NCBI GenBank assembly: GCA_054772095.1
Contig: BAAGAE010000030.1
Coordinates: forward strand, 151,335-215,334
Origin: Chamberlinius hualienensis
Lineage: Eukaryota
Length of the DNA: 64,000 nt
Direction: 5' to 3'
Shown here: positions 1 to 12,042 of the stretch, in pieces
Layout: each line of letters opens with the position of its first letter
Position numbering within the stretch: the stretch's first letter is position 1
Translations under genes and position numbers: made by a program
The notes under the pieces: model-generated
Databases searched by the model: none
Seen by the model: only the letters and a program-made list of their open reading frames with translations
Told to the model about the DNA's origin: nothing

Positions 1-554
1 ATCAACGTGAGTTTGAGCGTGAACACATGTTACATAGGTTTAACCCAATGGGTCCAGGTATGATCTACCCTAGAGAAACAAGAGACCTGCCGCCAGACTT
101 TAGTCGACATATGGAAGCCAGTGCGGCTGAGAGATTTCAACAAATCGATCGTGAACGTCAGGCCATATTAGACAGGGCTAAATTAGGAACTACTTTGAGG
201 CCTCATGAACAGTCGTTTTTAGCGGGTGTACCCCCCGGTCTATTTCCCCCGAATATGAATCCCTTGGTAAACAGTTTAAATAACTCGGTGAGGAGTAAAA
301 GTAACTCACCTTTAAATTCCTTAGGAGTGCCACCGCCTCTGATATCTTCGGCCGCTAGTGCGCCGCCTTTAAACGCTGCAAATCAAAACCATGCTGGTCA
401 GAGGAGTCGAGGAGCCTCTCCTGCAATCCACAAGATAGGAGGAAGTGTGGGTGGAAATTTAGTTGAAAACTCCCACGACCATCCCATGTCGAAAAGTGGA
501 TCGAAGAAAGACTGTGGTGGAAATCCCCCTGAACTGGAATCTCAATCCAGATAA
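1..554 (+). CDS. 3'-terminal coding exon (partial; the gene starts upstream of the window) of an unidentified protein with a Pro/Ser/Asn-rich low-complexity tail. Stop TAA at 552-554.
   Basis: An open frame runs from position 3 (QREFEREHMLHRFNPMGPGMIYPRETRDLPPDF...) to the stop at 554. It is followed by AT-rich 3'UTR-like sequence. Whether nt 1-26 are exon or intron is unresolved, because a GTGAGT occurs at 8-13. Confidence 0.4.
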   Translation, partial: QREFEREHMLHRFNPMGPGMIYPRETRDLPPDFSRHMEASAAERFQQIDRERQAILDRAKLGTTLRPHEQSFLAGVPPGLFPPNMNPLVNSLNNSVRSKSNSPLNSLGVPPPLISSAASAPPLNAANQNHAGQRSRGASPAIHKIGGSVGGNLVENSHDHPMSKSGSKKDCGGNPPELESQSR

Positions 555-3057
555 TGATCGGCCCCATTTTTTACTTTGTAAATTTTTTTATTTGCACCTG
601 TGGTGGAGTATCACAACTGCTCCGACATAACTACAATCACAGTTTCTCTCCCCCACTCATCATTGCTTCATTTTACATTGAACAAACTGTTGTGCAGCTG
701 CAGCATAAAAACGTTTAATTTTTTTAATTTCGTATATTTTGAAATGTAGATGGTCAAAATGCATTGCGGTTTTTAAAAAATAAGATTAATCATCCTTAGG
801 ACCTGAAATGAAGCTATTTATAATTATTTTTAATATTCGTCTGATAATCTCAGATAAACGTTATCGACTGTTCAAGTGATACAGACGACATTGAAAGTGA
901 GAATTACGAGAGAGAGAAAAAGTGTGCTTGACAGTTTTGTTTAGGAGTATTTTCTCCCTCATCCTCTCAAACCTGTCCCCTACGTTATATCTATATTATA
1001 TAAATATATAATAAATGTGAGAACCAAATGACCATTTTAAGATTTAAAAAAAAAAACAAAAAACTTAACAGAAATACATAAAAGTGTGGTGGTGCGTTTA
1101 AATGAACTTTTAATTTATATGAGAATTTTATAGAAAAAAAAAAATTATATCGTTGTTTTCCCTCATCCCTCCTCAACATCCTCCTCCTAATTTGGGATTT
1201 TGCCCATTCATCTCTCATTATAAATTGACCATCGTACTTCACTCGATAAATTTTATGGGAGTTAAGATTTCAGCGCATGCAAAAATCGAGAAACGTTTTG
1301 TAAAGGTTAAAACCATGTGTTATGGTTACTTTTTTTGTAAGATAATTGTGAGCACTGTGCTAGTGTACTTTTGAGAATTGGCCTCATGTGTGTGTTCTGA
1401 TACTCTCCCATTACCCGTCCCACAGCCTTTCCCACTTCGACCCGATCATATTGAATATATTGTAAAAATTTGGAACACGTTTCTAGTTAGTGTATAGTTA
1501 ATAAATACAACCATGTCGTGATTAATTTGTTTTGATAAATTTTTTAGCGATTTTTTTTCTATGTCATCATTATTGTAGAACTGTGTTAATTCACATTTCG
1601 ACGACTATTGGTCATCATTCCAGCTGAAACGAATACACATCGAATTTGTAATGCACACTGTATTCTTTATTTTTTAACGTCTGAAACCAATAGCAATTTA
1701 ATTTTCTAAAAGTCTTTCTATAATTGAAAATAGCTACTACTGTCATTACTCATTACTGTGTTTACATCTGACGGTATTGTTCCTACTGTTAAGACTACCA
1801 TTTAGTGAAGAACAGTATCTGTTGTGTTATCTTTAAGCACTTCTTTATCGTAATTGTTTTTTTAATTCATGTGTTGGGAGTGGATTATGTCCTCGTGTAA
1901 TTTCTGAATTGAGACATTAACTACCGATAGGTATTACTGTGGTTACCATATTCTAGTTTATTGATACAGTAATTTGACAAATTTGTAAAATGATTACAAA
2001 GCAGAAGTTTTACTGATCAAAAGTAGTTTTGTTAGTTGATTTATTAACATGCAGAACTTCCAAAGAAACAGATTGGGTCTAGATGGACTTTCTGGCCATA
2101 AGAGTTTGCCAATGGGTTGTATACCAGCGACAGTCTCCAGACAAATGGTACGTTTCTCTTTGTATTAATGACGAATAAGAGGCAAATACAGTATATATGC
2201 CTATAAAGCCTCATGTATTCACATTATAGAAGTCAACGGCTAATTAACTTAACCAAACATATTTTAAAGTTATTTTAAAAGCTAATGACTCCCGCATTTT
2301 ATCAGTATTAACTCGTTTTTTAAGAATGCGTTTCTTGTACTACATACAGTACGTTATGCATAATTGCATACTGCTTTTGCTGATCATCGTACGACTATCG
2401 ATATGATTATCGGTGCACTATCGACTATTCGATCACTGGAAACAAAAGCAGAATTGGCTGTGTTGAACTTTTGAAGTAGAATGTTTTGTAATGGAAAGAT
2501 TTCAGTATGTAAACTACTGTACTTTGCATTAACCTTAAAATTAAGACGTTTATTTTTAACTGTTGGTTTTATTAGGGTGGTAGAAAGTAATGTATGGCAT
2601 AATCAGTAAAAGAGAAACATTGCGTTTGTGGAAAAGGAAAGAGTGACTAACACTGTGCTTCACATGTTTTTATTATTGTTTAGGTAAGCAAACTTTCTAC
2701 TTTGCTTTTGACCTTTAATTTATACCATGACGTAATTAACATTTAGACGATATCACGAGTAAATACTGTAAAAGCAGTGAATGTGGTTTTTCGCATGATA
2801 TTCAAGTAGAGCAATCGTATACTTTCTTGGTGTTTTTTGTTTGAGCTTCGATTTTTGCTGTTTCAAACTTATTTAATGCGAGCATTGACTGTCGCTAATC
2901 AATTTGGTTTATTTTTTGGTTGATGAGGAAGTAAGAACGAATTTTTTATTAATTGTTATTTTATTAAATTGGGCGCTGTCTTGTGTTGTTTTTGTCGAAT
3001 ATCTACAGGTGTCAAAGTATATATTTTAAAAATGTTTGTTTAAAAAAAAATACAGAA

Positions 3058-4500
3058 ATGGCAGCCAATGGAGTAAATGGTAAAAATGAATGGAAGAAAA
3101 AGGAAGGAACCTGTAGTGTTTTGTTTTTGTCGTATGTCTTCTTTGTGTTCAACATATTGTTTATGGCAAGTTTATTGAAATTTAAATGAGATGACGGGGT
3201 GTCTTGTTGTGCTTAATATGACATGCTTTTTATTTAGACAAGTGGTTGTATTGTACTGGGAATTGGAGTTTGGACAGTGATCTATAAGCATCACTTTGTA
3301 AGTCTTTTAAGCAGCGCAACGTACGTTTCCATCGCATACATTTTAGTTTTTTGCGGAGGCGTCGTTTTGTTTATTGCTTTAATGGGTTTTATTGGAATTT
3401 CCAAGAAGAAAAAACTCATTTTATTGTCGGTAGGACATTCAAATTTGGTTTTTATCAAATATTAATTTCAATGTTTTTTGAATTGTAGTACACATTCCTT
3501 TTGTTGTTAATTTTTGTTATGGAAGCTGTAACGGGTATTGTGGCTTACGTTTATGAAATGCAGGTATTTATTGAAACATTTTAACGAGAGCTCTGTAACT
3601 ATCTTACGGTGAATTAATTATATCTGCTTTGATAGTCTTTAAATGGGGACAAAACTAAAATGTTAAATCTAGGTTTTTACGAGGTTTTTGAAGGTTTTTT
3701 TTTTTTTGTTGATTGTTAACTAAGTGTTATGTACATTTAAAATATCAATTGTCATGGGAAATTTAGTTAATTTGTGAAACTACTAGTTTTAGTCCAGTAC
3801 TATTACTATTACTTTTAAAAAATGGGAAGTAAAATGTTATAGTGTTCTCATTATAGCATGTCAGTTTTTGTTTTTGAATATGTTTCGTACCATTTCTATC
3901 ATTCTAGTTGAGAACTGAACTTGAATCTCATTTAAACGAAACTTTTTTGACAAGTTACATGTATGACGATTCGCGTACTAGTGACATTGACGCTGTGCAA
4001 AGAGAGGTTTGATTCTTCAAATATATCGCATCCTAATTTTCTGTATTTGATTTTTTAATTAATCAGTTTAAGTGCTGTGGAGCTGTTTCGTTCGAAGATT
4101 GGCGCTACAGTCGTTGGCTGATGGAGGCTACGGATCTCAATAATACTGTTCCTGACAGCTGCTGTATATCTGAGAGTCCATTTTGTGGTGTCCGAGATCA
4201 TCCATCAAATATAAATAGCGATGTATATTCCAATTATTACTTATTAAAAGTCGCAATATTGAATTCCAATTTTTATTTCAGAGCTGCATTTATCGGTTTG
4301 AAATGCAGATTAAAGAGCAACTGATCATTCTAGCTGCGATTGGTTTGGGAATTTCAGTTGTTCAAGTAATATTTACACCGTTCTTGGTGTTAACTCTCGT
4401 ATAACATAACTAAACAAAATTTTTAATTTAGATATTTGGAGTCATTCTATCATGCTGCCTTTACATGAAATTAAAAGACTACGAAGACAGACTCTACTAG
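3058..4500 (+). CDS. Tetraspanin with about 7 coding exons. Exon 1 is 3058-3162 and exon 2 is 3235-3429. Later exons lie at about 3489-3563, 3906-4004, 4068-4226, 4282-4365 and 4432-4500 (stop TAG 4498-4500).
   Basis: N-terminal TM1 (CSVLFLSYVFFVFNILFM). TM2 region (VLGIGVWTVIYKHH...FCGGVVLFIALMGFIGISKKKKLILLS). Large extracellular loop with the tetraspanin CCG motif (FKCCGAVSFEDW) and a PDSCC motif. TM4 (LIILAAIGLGISVVQIFGVILSCCLYMKLKDYEDRLY*). Reading phases are consistent across the proposed introns. Confidence 0.8.
3163..3234 (+). other. Probable non-canonical GC-AG intron (donor GCAAGT, acceptor tttatttag) between tetraspanin exons 1 and 2.
   Basis: Only this junction (...NILFM | TSGCIVLGIGVW...) keeps the frame and restores the conserved tetraspanin TM1/TM2 arrangement. 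The nearest upstream GT donor (gtatgt at about 3130) gives the wrong phase. Confidence 0.5.
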
Positions 4501-5220
4501 AAACATTCGGTTATTATTATTTTTTGACCATGCATAATACAGATCACCTCATTTTTTTCTTAGATTTTGAACTCGTTAATGACAATTCAGAACGATTGCG
4601 AGTGCTTCCACTGCATTTAATTTTACCTGATAGAAACAATTTATTTTTTAACAAAATATTTGCATTTTAATTTTATCTTTTCTCGAGATTTTGGTTATAG
4701 TAATTTATTTTTATTGGGTATTTTTGTATTTTTCATTTATGACTTTAGCATTGAAGTATTTAATGCATTATATTGTTATCACTAATTTGTAATGGATGAA
4801 TTATAATTTACTGTTAGTCGTGCTAGACCACCAATTTAATTGACTTACTATCGAAAAACTTATCTTTTGAGCAAGGTAAATGTAATTGGTTATTTACTTG
4901 CCATTGAAACAGGCACACATTAAAATTTCTTATCACCACTATCATTTTTATTTATAGTTAACATTCAGTTTGGTGCATTAGTATTCTTAGCTATACATCT
5001 TGTTATTTACTAATTTTTAAAACCGGTAAATGATGCAATATACAGTATATATTGTCATGATAATGAAAGATTTATGAATTTATATTGTGGTATTTGCAAG
5101 TTTTACTATCCTGATTTCATTCAGAATTAAAGTTTCAATAGTTTCAGTGGAATTAAAAGTCTACTTTATTCAATTTAAATGACAGTATAAGTTATGTGAA
5201 ATGATTCCATCGAATAGCTT

Positions 5221-5305
5221 GATTTATTAAATCAGTTACTAAAAGTTCGTGATTTATTAAATCAGTTACAAAAAATTCGTGATTTTTTAAATCATTTTCC
5301 GAATT
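5221..5305. repeat. Tandem direct repeat of an approximately 34-bp unit (GATTTATTAAATCAGTTAC[T/A]AAAA[G/A]TTCGT), about 2.3 copies, intergenic.
   Basis: Direct reading: gatttattaaatcagttactaaaagttcgt / gatttattaaatcagttacaaaaaattcgt / gattttttaaatcatttt. Confidence 0.8.
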
Positions 5306-6072
5306 ATCCCTGCCACTGCTGCCAGTTTATAAATTGTTTACTGTCTCGATGGCTTTGTATTACATTAATCAACCAAAAAAACTAATTAGGTAGCAATAGT
5401 TTGTTCAATTGAGGGGCTGAGAAACATAATGGTTAAGTTAGGAAATCAACAATTTGAGTTAACATCTGATTTAGTATTACTGAGGTTCAATTTCTTTAGA
5501 ATCATGATGAAGTACAGTAAGTTAAACTAATAAAAAATATATTGCTATTTATTAACTCCATTCGAAAACATTCATTTTCTCAAAATCAACTTTCTTGATT
5601 ACGCACTACAACAACTGTTTTTTAGCCCTTCAATTATTTATTTCATAGTTACGAGTGACTTATTCTTCACCTGATTTTAATTGGGAACACCGACAATTGC
5701 TGGATCGGTTACTTATTAATACTCTCTTTTTTTATTTATTTGAACTACTTTTAAATTTTTTTGAGAAATAAGAGATAAAAATATTAATGATATGGTTATT
5801 TATGGCCATTTTTACTAAGTCGAAATCGTTATGAATATTTTACAAGTGTTTTTAATCGGAGGAGATCGCCGCTCATTTAATTATCAAATTCTGCTAGTCA
5901 TAGGATAACCTTCGGATCATGGTTAAGGTCGTAAAGTTTTTAATTGCTCTTGAAAGAAATCGATTAATAATATTGAAAGTCATTATAAAGTAGTTGCATA
6001 AAGATGGGCAAATTTAGATTGCATCATTGAAGTCGCTGATACTGACGAGGAAGTATTGGAACTTTGGAAGAA

Positions 6073-8584
6073 ATGGTGGACATATTATCACGTCGTATGA
6101 AAAGTCTATTTCCGCAAAATAGACCTTACGATGGAAGCGATAAGTTTTTAGAGAAATTTGTGCAATCTAACCCATATGATGAGAAAAATAACCCCAATGT
6201 ATTATTGCTACTGCTAATATTTTTTTTTAAACTTTCCTTTGAAATTGAGTTTTACTTTATCTTTTTAGGGGGTCATCAACTTGGGAATTGCATGGTCATT
6301 CATCTGCGACGATGTAATAAACAAGAAAGTAAGAACACAATGCTTTTAAAAATTATTAATTAAGAAAGACAATGTTTAATTTTAATTTAGTTGAAAGAAA
6401 CCGAGTTTGACAGTGCTCAAATTAATGGAAAGTACTTTGGATCGCTCTCGTAAGTATGATTGTTAATTGTACTGTTGCCAACATTAATATTAGAAATTGC
6501 TGCTTTTAATCTTTAATTTACATCATAATTATTTTATAAAATAAGTTTAGTTTATGGTTCATAATAATAATTAAAATGTAATGTTTAGAGATGTTTCTGA
6601 GTTAATATGTTACAAAAATAATTAAGTAATTTTAACAATTAAATAAATGTTTTATTTGAAAATAAAACCGACTGCAACGATTTTCACTGTATAAATGACT
6701 TTATAGATGCTGCGTGATTGTGTCAAGGTTAATTAATTAATTTTATTTTAGAGCTGTCTTGATATTTGATAAGTGGCTATAAATTGATCGAATTACACTT
6801 AATCAAAGTTTAGCACTTTAAAATGTCGAATCAACATAAACGGGGAATTCTTTTAAATTACTGATTATAATATTTTATAAATTGCGTTTTATTGTATCTG
6901 TAATAGATTTCGTCAATCGCTTGTTGACTTTTATACGAGAAAATTCGGACCAAAGCAGCCATTAGATCCAGAAAACGTATTTTTTGTATTTATTTTTTTG
7001 CGTTGCCTGATGATTGAATTTTAATTTTTAGTTGCTTGTCACAAATGGCTTAACTTCAACTTTGGATATACTAGCTCATATAATTGGTGATAGGGGAGGT
7101 TAGTTTTTTTTTATAGAATATATAATCTGATAAATACATTTATATTTAAACTTTTATTTAAATGATAGATGTTTTTGTCACACCTACTCCATCGTATGCG
7201 TACTTCAGCCGAAATTTTTATAATCGATCGGGTGTTGAAACATATCCAGTTGATATTTTAAATAGAAATGTAAATTTATATTATTTGTATGTTAAATGTA
7301 TTTATTGCATTAAATTAATTAGGAAAGTTTGGACATAACGAAAAGATTTGAGTTGACAGCTGAGAAAGTTGACGATGCCATTAAAACAGCTATTAGAAAG
7401 GTAATACTACCGGTACTTTAAAATTAAAAAAAAAATTAAGCATCAATATGTGTTTAAATTTAGGGGAAAAATGTACGGGCATTTGTACTTTCAAATCCAA
7501 GTAACCCTTTTGGAGATGTTTATCCTGAAAGCCTTGTTCTGGCCATCATGAACATCTGTGCAAAGTAGTCGAAATATTGACAGCATTGGTTTAAATCAAT
7601 TACAGTAAGACATTTCAAATTTCAGGCTTAAGATTCATTTTGTTATTGACGAATGCAGTCATTTGTTGCTTTTTAAAGAAGAAATGAAGTTTAAAAGTGT
7701 AATTTCTTTCGATCATATTCCTGATCCCCAACGAACTCATGTATTATGGAGTTTTACAAAAGTATAAACAATAAGTTAAATCAAGCTTACAGTATATTTA
7801 CGACTTACCATTTTTCATTCAGGATTTATCGGTTGGAGGCGCCAGAATTTCTGTTGTTTATTCTTATAATCCAGAAGTTACTAACTGCTTTAAAATCTAC
7901 AGTCCATTTTATACAACTTCAACATTTTCACAGAAATTTTGCCATAAAATTGTCGACGATAAGCGTGAGTGTTAATTTTAATATTTCAGTCATTTAAGTA
8001 AACTTTTAAAAACCCAGGATGGTGTGATGAAATCTATTTTCCAACTTTCATTCAACGTTTGAAAGATAATTACCAGCTGATGTCTGAAAGGTTGACAGAG
8101 TTGGGTGGTTCTGTATACCCTGCGGAAGCGGGTTTAACATTGGTAGTGTCTTTCAGAAAGGTAATTAATGAAAACAGCCATTTTTTATAAATAACTATGT
8201 GAAAAATGACTACTACGTTTTTTTTTTAAATAATTAAAAGTGAGAAAACATTGTTTATATCAATAGTTTCTTAAGAAAAACACTTTTGAAGGAGAAATGG
8301 AACTTCTAAACCACTTTCTAAAGCATGGTGTTTATATAGTTCCTGGACAGTTTATTTGGTGCACTCAACCAGGATGGTATCGCATTGTATTTAGCTTTCC
8401 TAAACCAATAATCGAACTAGGTAATTGAATGGCTTATTTATCATAATTATTGTAAGTGTTACTTAATTTTTTTTTAAAAATTGTATTATCAAAATTAGGT
8501 TTGAAACGGATTGAAAGTGCATTAAAAGAATTTAGTGGAGCAAACTATGCTCATGCAGTATCTATGGTGAAAGCTAAAATATAA
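6073..8584 (+). CDS. ACCS: 1-aminocyclopropane-1-carboxylate synthase-like protein (PLP-dependent class I/II aminotransferase; ACCS homologue), at least 11 exons. Exon 1 starts at ATG 6073 and the final exon ends at stop TAA 8582-8584.
   Basis: Exon peptides align to ACC-synthase-like proteins. These include MVDILSRRMKSLFPQNRPYDGSDKFLEKFVQSNPYDEKNNPN, GVINLG..., FRQSLVDFYTRKFGPKQPLDPEN, LLVTNGLTSTLDILAHIIGDRG, DVFVTPTPSYAYFSRNFYNRSGVETYPVDI and GKNVRAFVLSNPSNPFGDVYPESL. Further peptides are DLSVGGARISVVYSYNPEV, GWCDEIYFPTFIQRLKDNYQ..., QPGWYRIVFSFP (the signature EPGWFRVCF motif) and LKRIESALKEFSGANYAHAVSMVKAKI*. Confidence 0.75.
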
Positions 8585-9129
8585 TTGGCATAAAAAAACA
8601 TTCACAGGTGAGACACTCATTTTAACTGAAGAAAGAAATATAGTACTAGCATTTGGCCCAAAAAGCCATTATTATAATTAGAACATGCTAATGTTATGTT
8701 TCTACAATCTATCAATGGAATACTAACGCGTATCGTGTCATATATAAAAATTGAAAAGCGTGTGAAACATTTTCCAAATTTTTCCATATATTTTTGGACC
8801 TTTTAAAATGAAACAATTAACAGGAAAACCTATCCACATATTTGTTTGTTGTTGATAAAGGCAGTTAACACACCTGTCGACCTTTTGTCAACCGGAGTCA
8901 CGTATCCGCCTTTATCAGTTCTAACGGGATAACTATATAATATATCGAACACTCTAAGCTATTCAAAATAAATATCTCACGGAAGAATCCACATAGAAGT
9001 TTTTATTTTTAACGACAGCACTGTTCTTAACGTTATTTTAAACGCTTAAAAAAATAGAAATAACTTTATACAAACAGATTACCGTTACTTGGCAAGCTAT
9101 TAATTACAATAAATTCATCAACTTTAGTT

Positions 9130-10202
9130 TCATTTGGCAATATTTGATAATAAATCGTGTATCTTCTTTAAACCATCCAAAACGGTATCCACCGATTCCT
9201 TTGTAAGTTCAATAACGCACGTTGAAACATTATCTGGATCAGATTTATTCGTATCGGGTTGCTTTATCTACAAAAATAAAAAGTGAGAATTTGGCTAAAT
9301 CGATTTATTAGGCCACTCATTATTTTATTATACAGTACTTTGATTTGAAAGGAACATGTTGGAATTGATAATCGAGAGACTGAACTAGATGATGACGATT
9401 TTACACGAATTTGCCAATTAAAGTCTACCATCCTCGGTACAAAATCTAAATGAATAAAACATATGATGATATCGTTAGTAACTATAAAAGCAATACAACT
9501 CCTGCAAATTCGACTTGCTTTGAATTTCAAGCGATGTCTTAGACGCTACTTCTTTGTCACCAACAATCATATATCTGGATAAAAGCGACGACAACTGCTT
9601 CGGAAAATTTTCTAAATGTACATATGTGTTTATATAAAAACATACATCCATTATTATTTAAATATCTGCACATGCGCTTTTATTACCAGGATATAGTGAC
9701 ATGATTGGTGTAGTCGATGTTGCGCTTCGTTGAAGAATAACATTGAGCGACCGCAGTAACTACATTGAAAAATCAATGTTTAATAGAAATATATTTTTAA
9801 ACTAAAATGTAGGCCAAACACGGGTAATTTACGTTTTCAGCCCGGACCCTGTCGATTAACAAGATATTTGATGTATTTTGTATTGCCACAGGGAATCGGT
9901 TGGTATCGACAGTTGACACCCATCTGCACACAGCTTGCAATTCGTTTTTATTTTGAACCTTACAATATTCGATTAATGCTAATTTTAACAACGAGTTCAA
10001 TTTAAGCCAGAAGAATATTGTAATACTGTACCTGTAGTAATGGGACTAATGATTCATATGAAACTTCTTTCATCTTTATTGATCAGTTGCAGGGATTAGT
10101 GGAAAAGTACAGCATCTTCTGCTTCTCCAATAACAACCTTGGAGCAGACCACTTTTGTAATCTCGATTGAAGGGTACCTCGGATTAACTCAATGAATGAC
10201 AT
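9130..10202 (-). CDS. COMM domain-containing protein (COMMD family). The C-terminal exons are confident: 9130-9270 contains the stop, 9333-9440 carries the COMM core, and further exons lie at about 9480-9600, 9690-9760 and 9834-10037. The 5' end and initiator are tentative.
   Basis: Minus-strand exon DFVPRMVDFNWQIRVKSSSSSSVSRLSIPTCSFQIK matches the COMM-domain core of COMMD2/4-type proteins (LLDFDWRVDIKTSSD.ISRM.VPTC.LQMK). The terminal exon reads ...DPDNVSTCVIELTKESVDTVLDGLKKIHDLLSNIAK*. Upstream exons are in phase with GT/AG sites. Possible initiators are an ATG at 10202 and an ATG at 10260 that runs into a stop. Confidence 0.55.
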
Positions 10203-10400
10203 TGCTACATTTTTTGACAATAATGCTGCCCTCTCCATTTATGTATTTGGAATCGCCCATTTATCTGAAGTTAGACGAACTCAATTGCCTCTCACAAAGG
10301 AGTCGGCGAAAGTCAAACGCAATTCGCGATCGCTTCTCCTCCTCGCTTTGTGATTGGTAGAGCGGCATATGCGTCTCCTCTTCTTACCTCAATGAGAGGT

Positions 10401-10478
10401 TATATAATCGTTGTGTGATTGGTTCAAATATTATGAGTGGCGGTGCAGTCGCTGTCACGTGGTACGAAGCTATATAAG
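10401..10478 (+). promoter_or_regulatory. Core-promoter cluster: TATATAA at 10401-10407, E-box CACGTG at 10457-10462, TATATAAG at 10471-10478. It lies about 95 bp upstream of the ATG at 10572 and inside the divergent region shared with the minus-strand COMMD gene.
   Basis: Direct motif reading, with ggttatataatcg and gtcacgtggtacgaagctatataagagggtt. The position relative to the first ATG of the acidic-protein gene is appropriate for a TATA box. Confidence 0.55.
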
Positions 10479-10571
10479 AGGGTTACACAGGCGGGAAGCC
10501 GGTTTTGTCGTTTCATTTGTATAACAGTGTTGTTGTCGTTCGCTTCAGCGTTTGAATTAATCACAAAAGAA

Positions 10572-12042
10572 ATGCCGTCGACAAGGTCTAAAGCAAGGTA
10601 GAACAAATTTTAAACCATTCATTTCGTATCTTTATACAGTAACCTACGTTATATAACGTTTATTAAATTAAATGGAGGTTGGATGGAGAACGGCAAGTTG
10701 TCCGATAACAAATAATGAGATAATTGAATCGAGTGAATGTCGTAGAGCGCGTTTTTGGTGCCGTGGTCGTGACGGCACGCGGCAGTTTTGAGGTCATTTG
10801 CCTGTGGGTAATAGTCTTTATTGTTCCAATGATTTTTTTTTATTTATCACTAAGAGGGGTCTACTTTCAAGATGGTCGCTTTTGTGTGGCGGTACGTTGC
10901 CGCCGCCGGTAACTGCGTCACCACCCCCGCTAAAATATCTAACCTCTCTCTCTTTCCTCTTTTTGTCTGCTCCACTCCTCTATTCATCGTTCCAACCCGC
11001 ATTGGTTTCAACCATTGCTTAGCATTCAAATGGAATTTTGGGTCGTTCCATTGTCAGGAGAAGGGGTTCGGATTGGGTTTGACGCGACGTGCGTGGCATC
11101 GCGAGAACCTCGTTTCCATTGTCCTGTCAAAAACTACCGCTTTTCTTCCCTTTGGAAAGCACGAAAAAATGTGGCCGTCATTCGGCGTTGTTTGGCCGCG
11201 CACGTTTTCCCCGTTGTTCAGCGTAAGTTGGCGTTGCAAATAGCCATCCAAAAAATCTGCCAGGTGTTTTTATTTTCGTTCGAGTCTCGGCGCCAAACCT
11301 GTTAACTCACGCATTCGCTTTATTCATTCGTTGATTTAAAAAAACTAAATAGTAAACTACGAAAATGTATATATAATTTTTTTGGGGGGAAATATCTTTT
11401 AACGAATGAATGAAATGTATTCGGTTTGCATAATTAAAGTAACCAATTAACTTCGTTGAATTTTGTTTTATAATGTTTTAACTAAGTTTAAATTTTGGTT
11501 TATAGCGCTGACGTCGCTGAACAAGTCGAATCAGCTTTGGCTGAGGAAACTAAAACAGAAGGAACTGAAGAAGTCGACCATGCAGCTGAGGTAAGGAAAC
11601 CACAAGAGGGGGGGGGGGGCGGGGAAGTTTTTAAATATTTTTGCAAACTTGTTAAAACAATTTTAATTGCAGGAAGTAAAAGAGAGCGACAGCACGACTA
11701 ACTCTAAAGAAGAAACTGACAGTGGTGATAATGGTAAAGCTCCTGAAGATGCCAGCGAGAAGACTGAAGACGAGAGTATGTACTTTTGCCAATAAAAGTT
11801 AAAAATGTGTAAATATATAATGTGTCGTTTTCTTGTGTAATGAAGGTTCAAAAGGCGCTGAGGACGAGGAAGCAGAAGAAGAGACCGAGTCAAAGGGTGA
11901 AAAGCGTGCGAATGAAGATGAGGATGAAGTTTCATCAGCTGTGAAAGCTGAGAAAAAAGTTAAACTGGATGCCGCAGCAGATGCCGAAAAACCAGTAACA
12001 GAAAGTGGTGATTCCAACAATGAAGTAGCGGTGGAAAACTGA
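10572..12042 (+). CDS. Small, highly acidic (Glu/Asp-rich) protein with a basic KKVKLD motif near the C-terminus, prothymosin/parathymosin-like. Four exons at about 10572-10597, 11511-11591, 11672-11776 and 11846-12042 (stop TGA).
   Basis: ATGCCGTCGACAAGGTCTAAAGCAAG|gtagaa is the first exon and ttatag|CGCTGACGTC the next acceptor. Phases are consistent across all exons, giving MPSTRSKAS-ADVAEQVESALAEETKTEGTEEVDHAAE-EVKESDSTTNSKEETDSGDNGKAPEDASEKTEDE-SSKGAEDEEAEEETESKGEKRANEDEDEVSSAVKAEKKVKLDAAADAEKPVTESGDSNNEVAVEN*. The family assignment is tentative. Confidence 0.5.
10724..11305. other. GC-rich (CpG-containing) non-coding island of about 580 bp inside the roughly 900-bp intron 1 of the acidic-protein gene. 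Candidate intronic regulatory element, alternative 5' exon or unannotated ncRNA.
   Basis: Local composition differs sharply from the flanking AT-rich DNA. CG-rich strings include gcgcgtttttggtgccgtggtcgtgacggcacgcggcag, ggcggtacgttgccgccgccggtaactgcgtcaccacccccgc, gacgcgacgtgcgtggcatcgcgag and tggccgcgcacg. A local hairpin is present (GTGCCGT..ACGGCAC). The ORFs overlapping the island (10872-11243 plus, 11054-11251 minus) have no protein-like character. Confidence 0.4.
11618..11634. repeat. G homopolymer (G12 C G4) inside an intron.
   Basis: Direct reading: gagggggggggggggcggggaag. Confidence 0.8.

Noticed and set aside
11215-11295. cgttcgagtctcggcgcca resembles a tRNA T-arm plus 3' end (box B 9/11)
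   Set aside because: No complementary 5' acceptor strand lies about 70 nt upstream. A T5 run immediately precedes it (a Pol III terminator would fall inside). No cloverleaf is possible.
10724-11305. ORFs of 62-123 aa inside the GC-rich island (e.g. 10872-11243 plus, 11054-11251 minus)
   Set aside because: Composition-driven open frames with no protein-like sequence features and mutually overlapping frames. They are treated as non-coding (see the GC-island finding).
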